A stretch of DNA of 64,000 bases from contig CAYYRU010000004.1 in NCBI GenBank assembly GCA_964474095.1, positions 14,859 to 78,858 on the forward strand, in the 5' to 3' direction. The translations under genes were made by a program, and so were the position numbers. Shown one piece after another: positions 48,199 through 58,011 of this stretch. Source of the stretch: an uncultured Anaerolinea sp. Lineage in GTDB: Bacteria; Chloroflexota; Anaerolineae; Anaerolineales; Anaerolineaceae. Positions within the stretch are counted from its first letter, which is position 1, and every line of letters starts with the position of its first letter. Below the pieces are notes generated by a model. The model saw only the letters and a program-made list of their open reading frames with translations. It searched no databases and was not told the DNA's origin.

Positions 48199-48202
48199 AA
48201 GA

Positions 48203-48220
48203 ATCAGGGCTTACCCTGAT
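48203..48220. terminator. short hairpin between convergent sucD and ACP genes
   Basis: ATCAGGG / CTTA / CCCTGAT, a 7-bp stem. Confidence 0.4.
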
Positions 48221-48228
48221 GAGAGCAT

Positions 48229-48465
48229 TTATTTTTTGTGGGTATCGATGTAATTCACCGCATCGGCAACGGTTTTGATGGTGCGGGCGTCTTCATCATT
48301 AATGTTGATGTCGAATTTCTCGCAAAAACCGTCAATCAAGAAGAATTGGTCCATTGAATCCGCTTTTAGATCCTCAACGAACCGGGTTTCTGATTTTACG
48401 TCTTTTGCTTCCACTTTCAAAACATCCACGATCACTTCTGTAACTTTATTCAGCGTCTCGCTCAT
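48229..48465 (-). CDS. acyl carrier protein-like (phosphopantetheine attachment site)
   Basis: 78 aa, DLKADSMDQ resembles the DLGADSLD Ser attachment motif. AGGAGG RBS. Confidence 0.7.
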   Translation of the reverse strand: MSETLNKVTEVIVDVLKVEAKDVKSETRFVEDLKADSMDQFFLIDGFCEKFDININDEDARTIKTVADAVNYIDTHKK

Positions 48466-48680
48466 TTACAAGCCTCCTGACGGTTTGTGAAAAACTTGAT
48501 ATGGATGAATTGTAACGATCCTGATTAATCTGTCAAGGATAGCCGTTCACCCATTTTCTATTTATCTAAACACCAAACTGTTGGAATAGTTTTGAGATCG
48601 TAAAAAAGATGGTTCGAGTTCCATTGAGCAAAGTAGATTTCTGACAATTTGGTATACTCTCTGTATTGAGTGAGGCAGTC

Positions 48681-49715
48681 ATGGATGAGACCATCCGGCA
48701 AACCATCGATCGAAAACAAGATCATATCAATATCAACCTGGAAAGAGATGTTCAATCTTCGCTCTCCACAGGATTTGATGAATTCCATTTCCCACATAAC
48801 CCAATGCCAGAGGTCGACCTGAGTGAAGTGAGTACGCAGGCGGTTTTTCTTGATCATATTGTTCAAGCTCCCTTGTTGATCTCTTCCATGACGGGTGGAA
48901 CCGAAGAAGCACTTAAGATCAACATTCACCTGGCTGAAGCAGCCCAACAACATGGTGTAGCCCTGGCGTTAGGCTCAGGGCGGGCTGGCTTGGATTCAAA
49001 TGAAGCCGCCAAAACATACCAGTTAAGAAAATGGGCGCCAGAGATTCCAATTTTTGCGAATTTAGGAGCTATTCAGCTCAACTATGGTTGTGGCATTGAT
49101 GAATGCAAACGGGTTGTCGAAATGGCGGATGCTGATGCTCTGATCTTACATTTCAACCCATTGCAAGAAGCCTTGCAACCAGAAGGCCAAACAAATTTTG
49201 CCGGATTAGCCTCAAAAATAGAAAAGGTCTGCAAATCTTTAAAGGTACCCGTGATCGCCAAAGAAGTAGGTTGGGGTATTTCGGTAAATGCTGCCAGAAA
49301 AATGGTCAATTTGGGCATCTCCTGCATTGATGTGGCAGGGGCGGGAGGTACTTCTTGGTCACAGGTCGAAAAATACCGTCACGATTCTGAAGAAATGATC
49401 CGGATCAGCTCACATTTTCAAGATTGGGGGTTATCTACCGCGAACCTGGTGCGTGAAATGCACACGGAATTGCCCATGATCCCGATCATCGCTTCTGGAG
49501 GATTACGCAAAGGCCTTGACCTGGCAAAAAGCCTGGCGTTGGGCGCTTCAATGGGCGGATTTGCAGGGGGATTACTAAAGGCGGCCATGAAATCTTCAGA
49601 GGCGGTTATTCGGGTCATCGATGAAATTCTACTGGAATTGCGTATAACCATGTTTGCTATCGGTGCGAAGAATATGGATGAATTGCACCAAGCTACGATC
49701 ATCAAAAAGGGTTGA
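48681..49715 (+). CDS. fni: type 2 isopentenyl-diphosphate delta-isomerase (FMN-dependent)
   Basis: RKQDHI, LLISSMTGG, ASGGLR motifs, TIM-barrel length. ATG at 48681 (TTG at 48666 possible). Confidence 0.9.
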   Translation: MDETIRQTIDRKQDHININLERDVQSSLSTGFDEFHFPHNPMPEVDLSEVSTQAVFLDHIVQAPLLISSMTGGTEEALKINIHLAEAAQQHGVALALGSGRAGLDSNEAAKTYQLRKWAPEIPIFANLGAIQLNYGCGIDECKRVVEMADADALILHFNPLQEALQPEGQTNFAGLASKIEKVCKSLKVPVIAKEVGWGISVNAARKMVNLGISCIDVAGAGGTSWSQVEKYRHDSEEMIRISSHFQDWGLSTANLVREMHTELPMIPIIASGGLRKGLDLAKSLALGASMGGFAGGLLKAAMKSSEAVIRVIDEILLELRITMFAIGAKNMDELHQATIIKKG

Positions 49716-49719
49716 TCCA

Positions 49720-50736
49720 ATGGAAGCTGAAGCCCTGATCTCTCAGATGCAAGATGCCATTGATGGAGAATTAAGAACCAGTTTGAGTTCCATTCTGAAA
49801 GACTACCCTTCAGAATATGTTAAGATGTTCCATTACCAATTAGGTTGGAATGGTGATAAGTGTGAAAAAGAAGCCCAAGGAAAACGCATTCGTCCATTGA
49901 TGGTTTTGCTTGCTTGTCATGCCTGCGGGGGAGAATGGCGTTCCGCTTTGCCAGCTGCTGCCGCAGTGGAACTGGTGCATAATTTTTCTCTTATCCATGA
50001 TGATATCCAGGATCGCAGCGAATTGCGAAGGGGAAGGCAGACGGTGTGGATCAAATGGGGGGAAGCCCAGGCAATCAACGCAGGCGATGCCATGTTGACA
50101 GTCGCGCAGCTTGAATTAGTTAATCTTGAGAAGGTTTTTGACCATCAAACCGTAAATCGGGCTGTGAAGTTGTTGCAGTCTGCCTGCTTAAAGCTAACCC
50201 GTGGGCAGCATTTGGATATTGCTTTTGAAAATGAAAAGGATCTTCCACTCGAACTCTATTGGCAAATGATAGAGGGTAAAACCGGTGCTCTTTTATCAGC
50301 ATGTTTTCAGCTCGGATCATTATTGGCTGGAGCTGATGAGGATGTACAGTTGGGCATGACTGAATATGGAACTACGGTGGGTGCCGCTTTTCAAGTGCAG
50401 GATGATTGGCTCGGGATTTGGGGAGATGACGCCTACACTGGAAAATCCACCACCAGCGATCTGATTGCGAAAAAGAAGACGTATCCTGTGTTATTGGGTA
50501 CGCTTAACGGGGGGAGGTTTGCCAGGTGTTGGAATGAAATTGGAATCGTGACCGAAGAATCCGCACGAGAGTTGACTTTATTACTAGAGAAAGAAAATGT
50601 TCACAATGCCACCCGCATGAAATTTGAGGAATTGTATCAACAAGCCAGGGCTATTTTTATCGCGCTGGATTTCGAAACTCAAAAAGCAGCACCCTTTAGC
50701 CAGGTCGTTGAGAATTTATTTGGTCGCATTCGTTAG
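49720..50736 (+). CDS. polyprenyl (geranylgeranyl-type) diphosphate synthase
   Basis: FARM LIHDDIQD and SARM FQVQDDWLG. ATG at 49720, 5 nt after the fni stop. Confidence 0.9.
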   Translation: MEAEALISQMQDAIDGELRTSLSSILKDYPSEYVKMFHYQLGWNGDKCEKEAQGKRIRPLMVLLACHACGGEWRSALPAAAAVELVHNFSLIHDDIQDRSELRRGRQTVWIKWGEAQAINAGDAMLTVAQLELVNLEKVFDHQTVNRAVKLLQSACLKLTRGQHLDIAFENEKDLPLELYWQMIEGKTGALLSACFQLGSLLAGADEDVQLGMTEYGTTVGAAFQVQDDWLGIWGDDAYTGKSTTSDLIAKKKTYPVLLGTLNGGRFARCWNEIGIVTEESARELTLLLEKENVHNATRMKFEELYQQARAIFIALDFETQKAAPFSQVVENLFGRIR

Positions 50737-51220
50737 TTTTGAATTTCTGCAAGGAAGGCATGAGGCACTTGTATTCACTCGCAAGTGCTTCTTTTTTTAC
50801 TTTTTGGGCCAGGGTCGCTAAATTTTGTCTTGTGATTGGATCAGTCAAATCTGGTAACAATTCTGCAAAGGGGAGAATCAAGTGAGCGTGTTTGAAGATT
50901 GCGTCATCAAGCACTTTGCCATTAAAAAGAATGATATCCAAATCGATGGTACGTGGAGCATTTTTGTCTGCCTGCCTTACCCGGCCTAATAATTCCTCGA
51001 TCTGGCATAGGCAGTGTTCTTTCAAAGTATGATCATCGAGATTTGTCTCCAGCTGTATTGCAGTGTTTAAAAAGTCGGCTGCTTTGCTGCCCACTGCCTT
51101 GGTTTTCCAGGTATTGGACACATCAATGATGCGAAAGTTGCGGCTTAAATACTCCAAGGCCATGAGAATGTTCTTCTCTGGATCAATGTTAGAACCGAGC
51201 AGCAGAAAAGCCTCGTTCAT
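50696..51220 (-). CDS. folK: 2-amino-4-hydroxy-6-hydroxymethyldihydropteridine diphosphokinase
   Basis: AFLLLGSNI, PRTIDLDIILF motifs. The C-terminal tail overlaps the convergent polyprenyl synthase gene by 41 nt. Confidence 0.85.
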   Translation of the reverse strand: MNEAFLLLGSNIDPEKNILMALEYLSRNFRIIDVSNTWKTKAVGSKAADFLNTAIQLETNLDDHTLKEHCLCQIEELLGRVRQADKNAPRTIDLDIILFNGKVLDDAIFKHAHLILPFAELLPDLTDPITRQNLATLAQKVKKEALASEYKCLMPSLQKFKTNECDQINSQRPG

Positions 51221-51225
51221 TTCAC

Positions 51226-51582
51226 TTAATTGGGGTTATGTCGTTCGATCTCGACTCCGACCGAACGCGAAAAGCGGACTGCGCCGGGCTTCTCAACCCT
51301 TACCTGCACAGTGCGCACTTTTTGATCTTGCAGGCAGAGAACAGCGATATCTTCGGCCAGTGCTTCCACGGTATAGCGTTTTACTATTTCAGTGTGTGCC
51401 AATACTTTTTTGGCAATAGTGCGGTAATTGACTGAGTCATCCACGTTATCAGATTTTCCAGCTGCGGTGATGTCGGTAAAGATGACGATGTTCACAAGAA
51501 TGTCCTGCGGGTTTTCACGTTCACGTTCTGAGATTCCGATGATTCCACGAATCAACAAATCGGTAATAAAAATTTTATCCAT
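51226..51582 (-). CDS. folB: dihydroneopterin aldolase
   Basis: 118 aa, MDKIFITDLLIRGIIGISERERENPQ typical FolB N-terminus. Adjacent to folK. Confidence 0.85.
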   Translation of the reverse strand: MDKIFITDLLIRGIIGISERERENPQDILVNIVIFTDITAAGKSDNVDDSVNYRTIAKKVLAHTEIVKRYTVEALAEDIAVLCLQDQKVRTVQVRVEKPGAVRFSRSVGVEIERHNPN

Positions 51583-51598
51583 TCAGTCTCCTTCAATT

Positions 51599-52339
51599 TC
51601 AAACAAGATGTCTTCCGCCATCCAAATGGATAATCTCACCAGTGATGTAAGGCGGAGCATTCAGTAGAAAGACGATCAACTCTCCCAGTTCATCCGGGGA
51701 AGACCAACGTCTCATGGGAACATTTTTGATCAGGCTGTCAGAAAAATCCTCACCTGGCGGGGGCAAAATGGCACCCAGCGCAATACCGTTTACCGTAATG
51801 GCTGGGGCTAACGAGAGCGCCATGGAGCGTGTCATTGCTGCCAGCGCAGATTTGCTGATGGTGTATGGAAAATGGTCCTTCCCGGGGCGTAACGCCCGCC
51901 AATCCAGCATATTTATAATGCGACCGGTTATTTCAGATCGATAATGCTTTGCAAATCCTTGACTGAGTAAAAATGGCGCCGTCAGGTTTATTTGTATGTG
52001 ATCATTCCAATCCGTCAGTTGGGTGGCGTTGAGGTCGATTTCATGGAAAATCGCGGCGTTGTTGATCAGAGCGGATATGGGCGCCAGTTCGAAAGCGGAA
52101 GGGATCAAAGATTGACATTGGTTGGGGTCAGATAGGTCAGCTTCCATCGTCCAGGCTTGCCTGCCATAACTGCGTATCTCATCGGCCAATTGTTGTGCCT
52201 CTTGCGGAGAATGCGCGTGATGGATCACGACGTTAGCGCCGGCTTTGGCGGCCGCCAATGACATGACCCTTCCAAGGCGTCTGGCACCTCCGGTGATAAG
52301 CACGGTCATATCTGTGAGTGGAAAAGGCGTGATAATCAT
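51599..52339 (-). CDS. pteridine reductase / FolM-like SDR
   Basis: ITGGARRLG is the TGxxxRxG variant of the SDR glycine motif seen in PTR1/FolM. YTISK catalytic motif. Start uncertain (ATG 52339, ATG 52309 or TTG 52375). Confidence 0.7.
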   Translation of the reverse strand: MIITPFPLTDMTVLITGGARRLGRVMSLAAAKAGANVVIHHAHSPQEAQQLADEIRSYGRQAWTMEADLSDPNQCQSLIPSAFELAPISALINNAAIFHEIDLNATQLTDWNDHIQINLTAPFLLSQGFAKHYRSEITGRIINMLDWRALRPGKDHFPYTISKSALAAMTRSMALSLAPAITVNGIALGAILPPPGEDFSDSLIKNVPMRRWSSPDELGELIVFLLNAPPYITGEIIHLDGGRHLV

Positions 52340-52412
52340 ATCTTTAATAGTAGGTGGGTTTACTGACGGTGTCAATAGCCTGTATCAGGATTATGGTGAA
52401 ATAAGACCGCTA

Positions 52413-52440
52413 TTGACTTAATTTGAATTGGTGTTATAGT
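52413..52440 (+). promoter_or_regulatory. sigma-70-type promoter of the csoR-copZ-copA operon
   Basis: TTGACT - 16 nt - TGt-TATAGT (extended -10). Confidence 0.55.
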
Positions 52441-52444
52441 ATCC

Positions 52445-52470
52445 ATACCCACCCCCTATGGGGGGGGGAT
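52445..52470. promoter_or_regulatory. candidate CsoR operator (C-tract / G-tract pseudo-palindrome)
   Basis: ATACCCACCCCC-TAT-GGGGGGGGGAT immediately downstream of the -10 and upstream of the csoR RBS. It resembles the GC-tract inverted repeats bound by CsoR-family repressors. Confidence 0.55.
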
Positions 52471-52480
52471 AAGGAGGCCG

Positions 52481-52750
52481 ATGAAACACGAGTCAAGCAT
52501 TTTACGACTAAAAACCATCGAAGGGCACATCAAGGGCATCACACGCATGGTTGAGAATGGCGAATATTGCATTGATGTGATTCGTCAGATCCAGGCCGTG
52601 CAGGCTGCATTAAACAAAGTCAGCACCACAATTTTGAATGAACACTTGAATTCCTGCGTGATCACCGCAATACAGGGGGATGATCTCAAAGAAAGAGAAC
52701 GTGTGCTGAAAGAAATTGCTGAAGTATATGAGCATAGTTCAAAAGCTTAG
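52481..52750 (+). CDS. csoR: CsoR-family metal-sensing transcriptional repressor
   Basis: 89 aa, RLKTIEGHIKGI, YCIDVIRQIQAVQAAL, H..C ligand pattern. Confidence 0.9.
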   Translation: MKHESSILRLKTIEGHIKGITRMVENGEYCIDVIRQIQAVQAALNKVSTTILNEHLNSCVITAIQGDDLKERERVLKEIAEVYEHSSKA

Positions 52751-52765
52751 AAATAGGAGAACAAC

Positions 52766-52972
52766 ATGACCACAGTAAAATATGAAGTTCCTTCGATCCA
52801 CTGCCATCACTGCGTGAATACCATCAAAACAGAATTAAGCGAGTTGGAAGGTGTCATCTCAGTAGAGGGTGATCCCATTAAGAAAGAAGTCGTTGTGCAA
52901 TACGAAAACCCGGCCACCCCTGAGTCAATTGAATCACTGATGACTGAGATCAATTATCCTGTAAAAAAATAA
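52766..52972 (+). CDS. copZ: heavy-metal-associated (HMA) copper chaperone
   Basis: 68 aa ferredoxin-like HMA fold with the metal site IHCHHC (CxxC). Confidence 0.85.
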   Translation: MTTVKYEVPSIHCHHCVNTIKTELSELEGVISVEGDPIKKEVVVQYENPATPESIESLMTEINYPVKK

Positions 52973-52984
52973 CCAAAATTAAAA

Positions 52985-55408
52985 ATGACTGAAACAAAAA
53001 GCATCATTTTACCGGTAACTGGAATGACCTGTGCCAACTGCGTGTTCACCGTTGAGCGTAGTTTAAAAAAAGACAAGGCAGTGCATTCAGCCACAGTCAA
53101 TCTATCAAACGAACGTGCCAGCGTTGAGTATGACCCGGCAGTCACCAATTTGCCTGCTTTGATCGCGAGGGTTGAAAAAGCAGGATATGGAATTGCTATG
53201 GGAGAAGCCGACCTGTCGCTTGTGAATCTTGGAGACGCCAATGACGCCAGGCGATTAGAGACAAAAATATCCAGTCTCGAGGGCGTTTTGGCCGTTCTCG
53301 TCAACCTCTCTACCGACCACGTACGGATCACTTATGTTCCAACGGTGGTCAGCCAGGCAGAGATCAGGCAATCAATTGAAAACGCTGGTTTTGATTTGAT
53401 CGATGAGGGCGTTGGCTCTGAAGATGCTGAAGGTAGTGCCCGCATGGCAGAGGTTGCCCATCAAAAGAAGTTGCTGATCTTTGGCATTCTCTTCTCGACC
53501 CCCCTTTTCCTTTTATCAATGGCAGGTGATTTTGGTCTGATACCGGGTCACATCACACACGCGGTCTGGTTTCGGTTGGTCTTAATGGGGCTCGCGATAC
53601 CAGTGCAGTTTTACGTTGGTTGGCAGTATTACATCGGCGCCTACAAGGCTCTGCGCAATGGCTCAGCGAATATGGATGTGCTAGTGGCAATGGGTTCTTC
53701 TGCGGCATTTCTTTACTCCATCCCAGCGGCCTTTGGCTGGATCCAGGGTCATGTCTACTTCGAAACAGCAGCCATCATCATCACCTTGATCAAATTGGGG
53801 AAATTTCTCGAAGCACGCGCAAAAGGCAAAACCAGCGAAGCCATCAAGAAGCTGATGGGGTTGCAGGCGCGAACAGCCCGGGTGTTTCGTGGTGAAGAAG
53901 AGATTGAGATACCCATTGAAGAAGTTGTAACGGGTGACCTGATTCGCGTACGCCCGGGTGAAAAGATCCCCGTGGATGGAATTGTGATGGAAGGGTATTC
54001 TTCGGTTGACGAATCCATGCTGACGGGTGAATCCATGCCGGTCGAAAAAAACACCGGATCCAATGTCATCGGAGCCACACTAAATAAAAGCGGTTCCTTT
54101 AAATTTAAAGCTACACGCGTAGGGCGGGAGACTGCTCTGGCTCAGATCATCAAACTTGTGGAAGATGCCCAAGGCAGTAAGGCACCCATCCAAAAATTGG
54201 CGGATCGCGTATCTGCGGTGTTTGTGCCGGTTGTGATCCTCTTGGCAGTTTTGACCTTTTTGGGATGGTTATTCTTAGGTCCAACCCTCGCGGCAGATGC
54301 TGAAAACACCGCATTGAGCCGGGCTTTGATCAACATGGTGGCAGTATTGGTGATCGCCTGCCCATGCGCCATGGGGTTGGCTACTCCAACAGCCATCATG
54401 GTGGGCACGGGCAAGGGCGCTGGTCTGGGGATCCTGATCAAATCTTCAGAGGCACTTGAACGGGCTGGTTCTGTCAACATGGTGGTGTTGGATAAAACTG
54501 GCACCATAACGCGCGGTCAGCCCGAAGTGACAGATATTTTGGCTATCGGTGAGATGTCTGAAGATGAACTGCTGCGACTTGCAGCCTCAATCGAAAAAAA
54601 CAGCGAACATCCTTTGGGTGAATCCATTGTGGCGGAGGCTGGCAATCGCTCTTTGAAACTCGCTGAACCGGATCAGTTTGAATCAGAAACAGGGCATGGG
54701 GTACAGGGTGTGGTTTCAGGCCAATACGTCATGATCGGAAATTTGAAAATGATGGCCGGTAAGCGTATAGCCATAAACGCAATCCGTGCCCACCTTGAAC
54801 GGCTGCAAAACGAGGGCAAGACCGTCATGTTGGTGGCGGTGGATCAGAAAATAGCCGGGTTGATCGCCGTGGCCGATCAGGTAAAAGAAGGTTCCGTTGA
54901 GGCTATCAAAGGACTGCATCAAATGGGGTTGAAAGTCGCCATGTTGACCGGTGATAATCGTCAAACGGCTGATGCTGTTGCCAGGCTGGTTGGTGTGGAT
55001 ACTGTTTTGGCAGAAGTACTACCCGGGCAGAAATCCGCCGAAATCAAGAAACTACAGGATAGAGGCTTACAAGTGGCCATGGTGGGTGATGGCATCAACG
55101 ACGCCCCAGCCCTGGTCCAGGCTAATGTTGGTCTTGCCATCGGCACCGGCACAGACATTGCCATTTCTTCTGCACAGGTGGTCTTGATGAGCGGTGATCT
55201 GCGTGGGGTGGTTAAAGCCATTCGTCTATCAAGATTGACCCTGAAGACAATAAAACAAAACCTGTTCTGGGCGTTCATATACAACATCATTTTAATCCCT
55301 GTAGCTGCTTTTGGATTATTGATTCCAATGTTAGCGGCAGGCGCGATGGCCTTCAGCAGTATCTTTGTGATCAGTAACAGTCTGCGTTTGAACCGGAAAA
55401 ACATCTAA
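52985..55408 (+). CDS. copA: copper-translocating P1B-type ATPase
   Basis: N-terminal HMA GMTCANC, TGES, CPC in TM6, [13 protein letters not shown]. Confidence 0.95.
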   Translation: MTETKSIILPVTGMTCANCVFTVERSLKKDKAVHSATVNLSNERASVEYDPAVTNLPALIARVEKAGYGIAMGEADLSLVNLGDANDARRLETKISSLEGVLAVLVNLSTDHVRITYVPTVVSQAEIRQSIENAGFDLIDEGVGSEDAEGSARMAEVAHQKKLLIFGILFSTPLFLLSMAGDFGLIPGHITHAVWFRLVLMGLAIPVQFYVGWQYYIGAYKALRNGSANMDVLVAMGSSAAFLYSIPAAFGWIQGHVYFETAAIIITLIKLGKFLEARAKGKTSEAIKKLMGLQARTARVFRGEEEIEIPIEEVVTGDLIRVRPGEKIPVDGIVMEGYSSVDESMLTGESMPVEKNTGSNVIGATLNKSGSFKFKATRVGRETALAQIIKLVEDAQGSKAPIQKLADRVSAVFVPVVILLAVLTFLGWLFLGPTLAADAENTALSRALINMVAVLVIACPCAMGLATPTAIMVGTGKGAGLGILIKSSEALERAGSVNMVVLDKTGTITRGQPEVTDILAIGEMSEDELLRLAASIEKNSEHPLGESIVAEAGNRSLKLAEPDQFESETGHGVQGVVSGQYVMIGNLKMMAGKRIAINAIRAHLERLQNEGKTVMLVAVDQKIAGLIAVADQVKEGSVEAIKGLHQMGLKVAMLTGDNRQTADAVARLVGVDTVLAEVLPGQKSAEIKKLQDRGLQVAMVGDGINDAPALVQANVGLAIGTGTDIAISSAQVVLMSGDLRGVVKAIRLSRLTLKTIKQNLFWAFIYNIILIPVAAFGLLIPMLAAGAMAFSSIFVISNSLRLNRKNI

Positions 55409-55518
55409 TTCGCACCGGCTAACCTTAAAAAGGATTGTCTAGACAAAAAATGGGCAGTCCTTTTTACTATTAATCAATCTGCGAGTGGTAAAATTACGCA
55501 TAGTTTACGGAGGACCTC

Positions 55519-57519
55519 ATGAACAATGAAATAATTGAAAAAGCAATCAATACTCTCAGATTTCTTTCCGCTGATGGCGTGCAGCAAGCCAACTCAGGCC
55601 ATCCCGGCCTGCCCATGGGCACCGCCGCCATCGCCTTTACCATTTGGACGAAACACATGCGATTCGATCCAAAGAACCCGGATTGGGCGGATCGTGATCG
55701 CTTTGTACTCTCAGGCGGACATGGTTCCATGCTGCTGTATAGCCTGCTGCATTTGACTGGTTTCAAAGTCAGCCTGGATGATCTGAAAAACTTCAGGCAG
55801 TGGAAATCCATCACTCCCGGACATCCCGAATACGGTTTCACCCCGGGCGTGGATGCCACCACCGGTCCACTTGGGCAGGGGCTCTCAAACGGTGTGGGCA
55901 TGGCCATTGCCGAAGCCCATCTGGCCGCAGAATTCAATCAACCGGAACACAAGATCGTGGATCACTATGTTTATGGAATTGTGACCGACGGCGATCTGAT
56001 GGAAGGCGTTGCCAGTGAAGCGGCTTCTCTCGCCGGTCATTTGAAACTAGGCAAGATCATTTACTGTTATGACGACAATCGTATTTCCATCGACGGCCCG
56101 ACCACCATCTCCTTCACCGAAGATCGCGCCAAACGTTTTGAAGCTTACGGCTGGCACGTCTCATACGTTGAAGATGGCAACAATGTGGAAGAGATCGACA
56201 AGGCCATAACAGCCGCCAAGAAAGACCCGCGTCCTTCGATCATCGTTTGCCGCACACATATCGGTTACGGGCTCCCGAGCCGTCAAGACACCTCAAAAGC
56301 ACACGGAGAACCCCCTGGTGATGAGGAACTGAACGGCGCTAAACTGAAATTGGGCTGGCCGACCGAACCGCGTTTCTTGATCCCGGAAGATGCCAAAACC
56401 TTGTTTGAAGCCGCCGGCAAAAAAGGTACCGAAGTGCACCAGGCTTGGGAAAAATCACTGACCGAGTATGAACAAGCATTCCCTGCTCAGGGTAAAGAAT
56501 TCAAACGCCGCATGGCGGGAAAATTACCTGAAAACTGGAACGCTTGCCTACCCGTCTTCCCGGCAGATGCCAAGGGTGTCGCTTCACGTGTGGCCTCTGG
56601 TCAAACTTTGAATGCCATTGCCGCAGTGTTGCCCGAGTTGATGGGCGGTTCGGCCGACCTGACTCCTTCCAACAATACCTGGTTGAAAGACTCAACCGCC
56701 TTCCAACCCGATAATCATGCCGGTCGTTACCTGCATTTTGGTGTGCGCGAACACGGCATGGGTTCCATTGTTAACGGCATGGCTTATCACAAGGGTTTGA
56801 TCCCGTTCGGGGCCACCTTCCTGGTTTTTACCGACTATATGCGCGGTGCCATGCGTGTTTCAGCACTCTCACACCTGCAGTCCATTTGGATCATGACCCA
56901 TGACAGTATCGGGCTGGGCGAAGACGGACCGACCCACCAGCCGGTGGAACATTTGGCTGCCTTGCGCGCCATCCCGAACATGACGGTCATCCGCCCCGCG
57001 GACGCCAACGAAACGGTGGAAGCGTGGCGCTCGGCCATCGAAAATACCAAGGGACCGACCGTGTTAGCTCTTTCACGGCAGGCGCTGCCCACGGTTGACC
57101 GCAACCAATTTGGCGACGTCAAGGGAGCAGCCAAAGGCGCTTACGTGCTGGCTGATCTTGGTAAGGGAAAACCTGAAATGATCCTCATGGCTTCGGGTTC
57201 CGAGGTGGACCTGGTATTGAAAGCCGGTCAGAAATTGGCTGAAGCCGGTCATTCCGTGCGCGTGGTTTCCTTCCCGAGCTGGGAATTGTTTGAAAAGACT
57301 GGCAAAGCCTATCAAGAAAGCGTTTTATTACCGGATGTGAAAGCTCGTGTCGCGGTCGAAGCCGGCATCGCCCAGGGTTGGGAAAAGTACGCCGGAGATG
57401 GCGGCAAGATCATATGCATGCATGGATACGGCGCCTCCGCCCCGGCTTCAATCCTCATGAAAGAATTTGGCTTCTCCGTTGAGAACGTGTTTGAGACGGC
57501 ATTAAGTCTCTTGAAATAG
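55519..57519 (+). CDS. tkt: transketolase
   Basis: [19 protein letters not shown] motifs, 666 aa. GGAGGA RBS. Confidence 0.95.
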   Translation: MNNEIIEKAINTLRFLSADGVQQANSGHPGLPMGTAAIAFTIWTKHMRFDPKNPDWADRDRFVLSGGHGSMLLYSLLHLTGFKVSLDDLKNFRQWKSITPGHPEYGFTPGVDATTGPLGQGLSNGVGMAIAEAHLAAEFNQPEHKIVDHYVYGIVTDGDLMEGVASEAASLAGHLKLGKIIYCYDDNRISIDGPTTISFTEDRAKRFEAYGWHVSYVEDGNNVEEIDKAITAAKKDPRPSIIVCRTHIGYGLPSRQDTSKAHGEPPGDEELNGAKLKLGWPTEPRFLIPEDAKTLFEAAGKKGTEVHQAWEKSLTEYEQAFPAQGKEFKRRMAGKLPENWNACLPVFPADAKGVASRVASGQTLNAIAAVLPELMGGSADLTPSNNTWLKDSTAFQPDNHAGRYLHFGVREHGMGSIVNGMAYHKGLIPFGATFLVFTDYMRGAMRVSALSHLQSIWIMTHDSIGLGEDGPTHQPVEHLAALRAIPNMTVIRPADANETVEAWRSAIENTKGPTVLALSRQALPTVDRNQFGDVKGAAKGAYVLADLGKGKPEMILMASGSEVDLVLKAGQKLAEAGHSVRVVSFPSWELFEKTGKAYQESVLLPDVKARVAVEAGIAQGWEKYAGDGGKIICMHGYGASAPASILMKEFGFSVENVFETALSLLK

Positions 57520-57528
57520 GAGTTGATC

Positions 57529-57984
57529 ATGATCATTGCCGTGGCGTGTGATCACGCTGGGTTTCCTCTGAAAGACGAAGTCATTGCGACCATCGAAAAG
57601 GAAGGTCACCAGGTGATTGATCTGGGTACCTATGACCAGGAACCGGTTGATTACCCGGATTATGCCGAAAAAGCCGCAAAAGCCATTTTAAGTAAACAGG
57701 CTGACCGCGCGGTGGTGGTATGTGGTTCAGGCGTGGGTGCCTGTATTGCAGCCAACAAATTCCACGGCATCTATGCTGGTATTTGTCATGATACTTACTC
57801 TGCCAAACAGGGCGTGGAACATGACAATATGAATGTGCTCTGCCTCGGTGCCAGGATCATAGGCGTGGAATTGGCAAAGGATATCGTCTCAGCTTACTTA
57901 AGCGGCAGGTTTTCAACCGAAGAACGCCATAAACGAAGGTTTGGTAAGATCCAAAAGATCGAAGCCAATGGAAAAACGAATTAA
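57529..57984 (+). CDS. rpiB: ribose-5-phosphate isomerase B
   Basis: IIAVACDHAGF, CGSGVG motifs. ATG at 57529 with AGGAG upstream. Confidence 0.9.
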   Translation: MIIAVACDHAGFPLKDEVIATIEKEGHQVIDLGTYDQEPVDYPDYAEKAAKAILSKQADRAVVVCGSGVGACIAANKFHGIYAGICHDTYSAKQGVEHDNMNVLCLGARIIGVELAKDIVSAYLSGRFSTEERHKRRFGKIQKIEANGKTN

Positions 57985-58011
57985 TCTATTTACATAAGGT
58001 TTGGTGAATAA

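Noticed and set aside
48558-48953. 131-aa minus-strand ORF spanning the ACP/fni intergenic region and the fni 5' end
   Set aside because: It overlaps the confidently called fni start, has no RBS and has odd Trp/Cys-rich composition.
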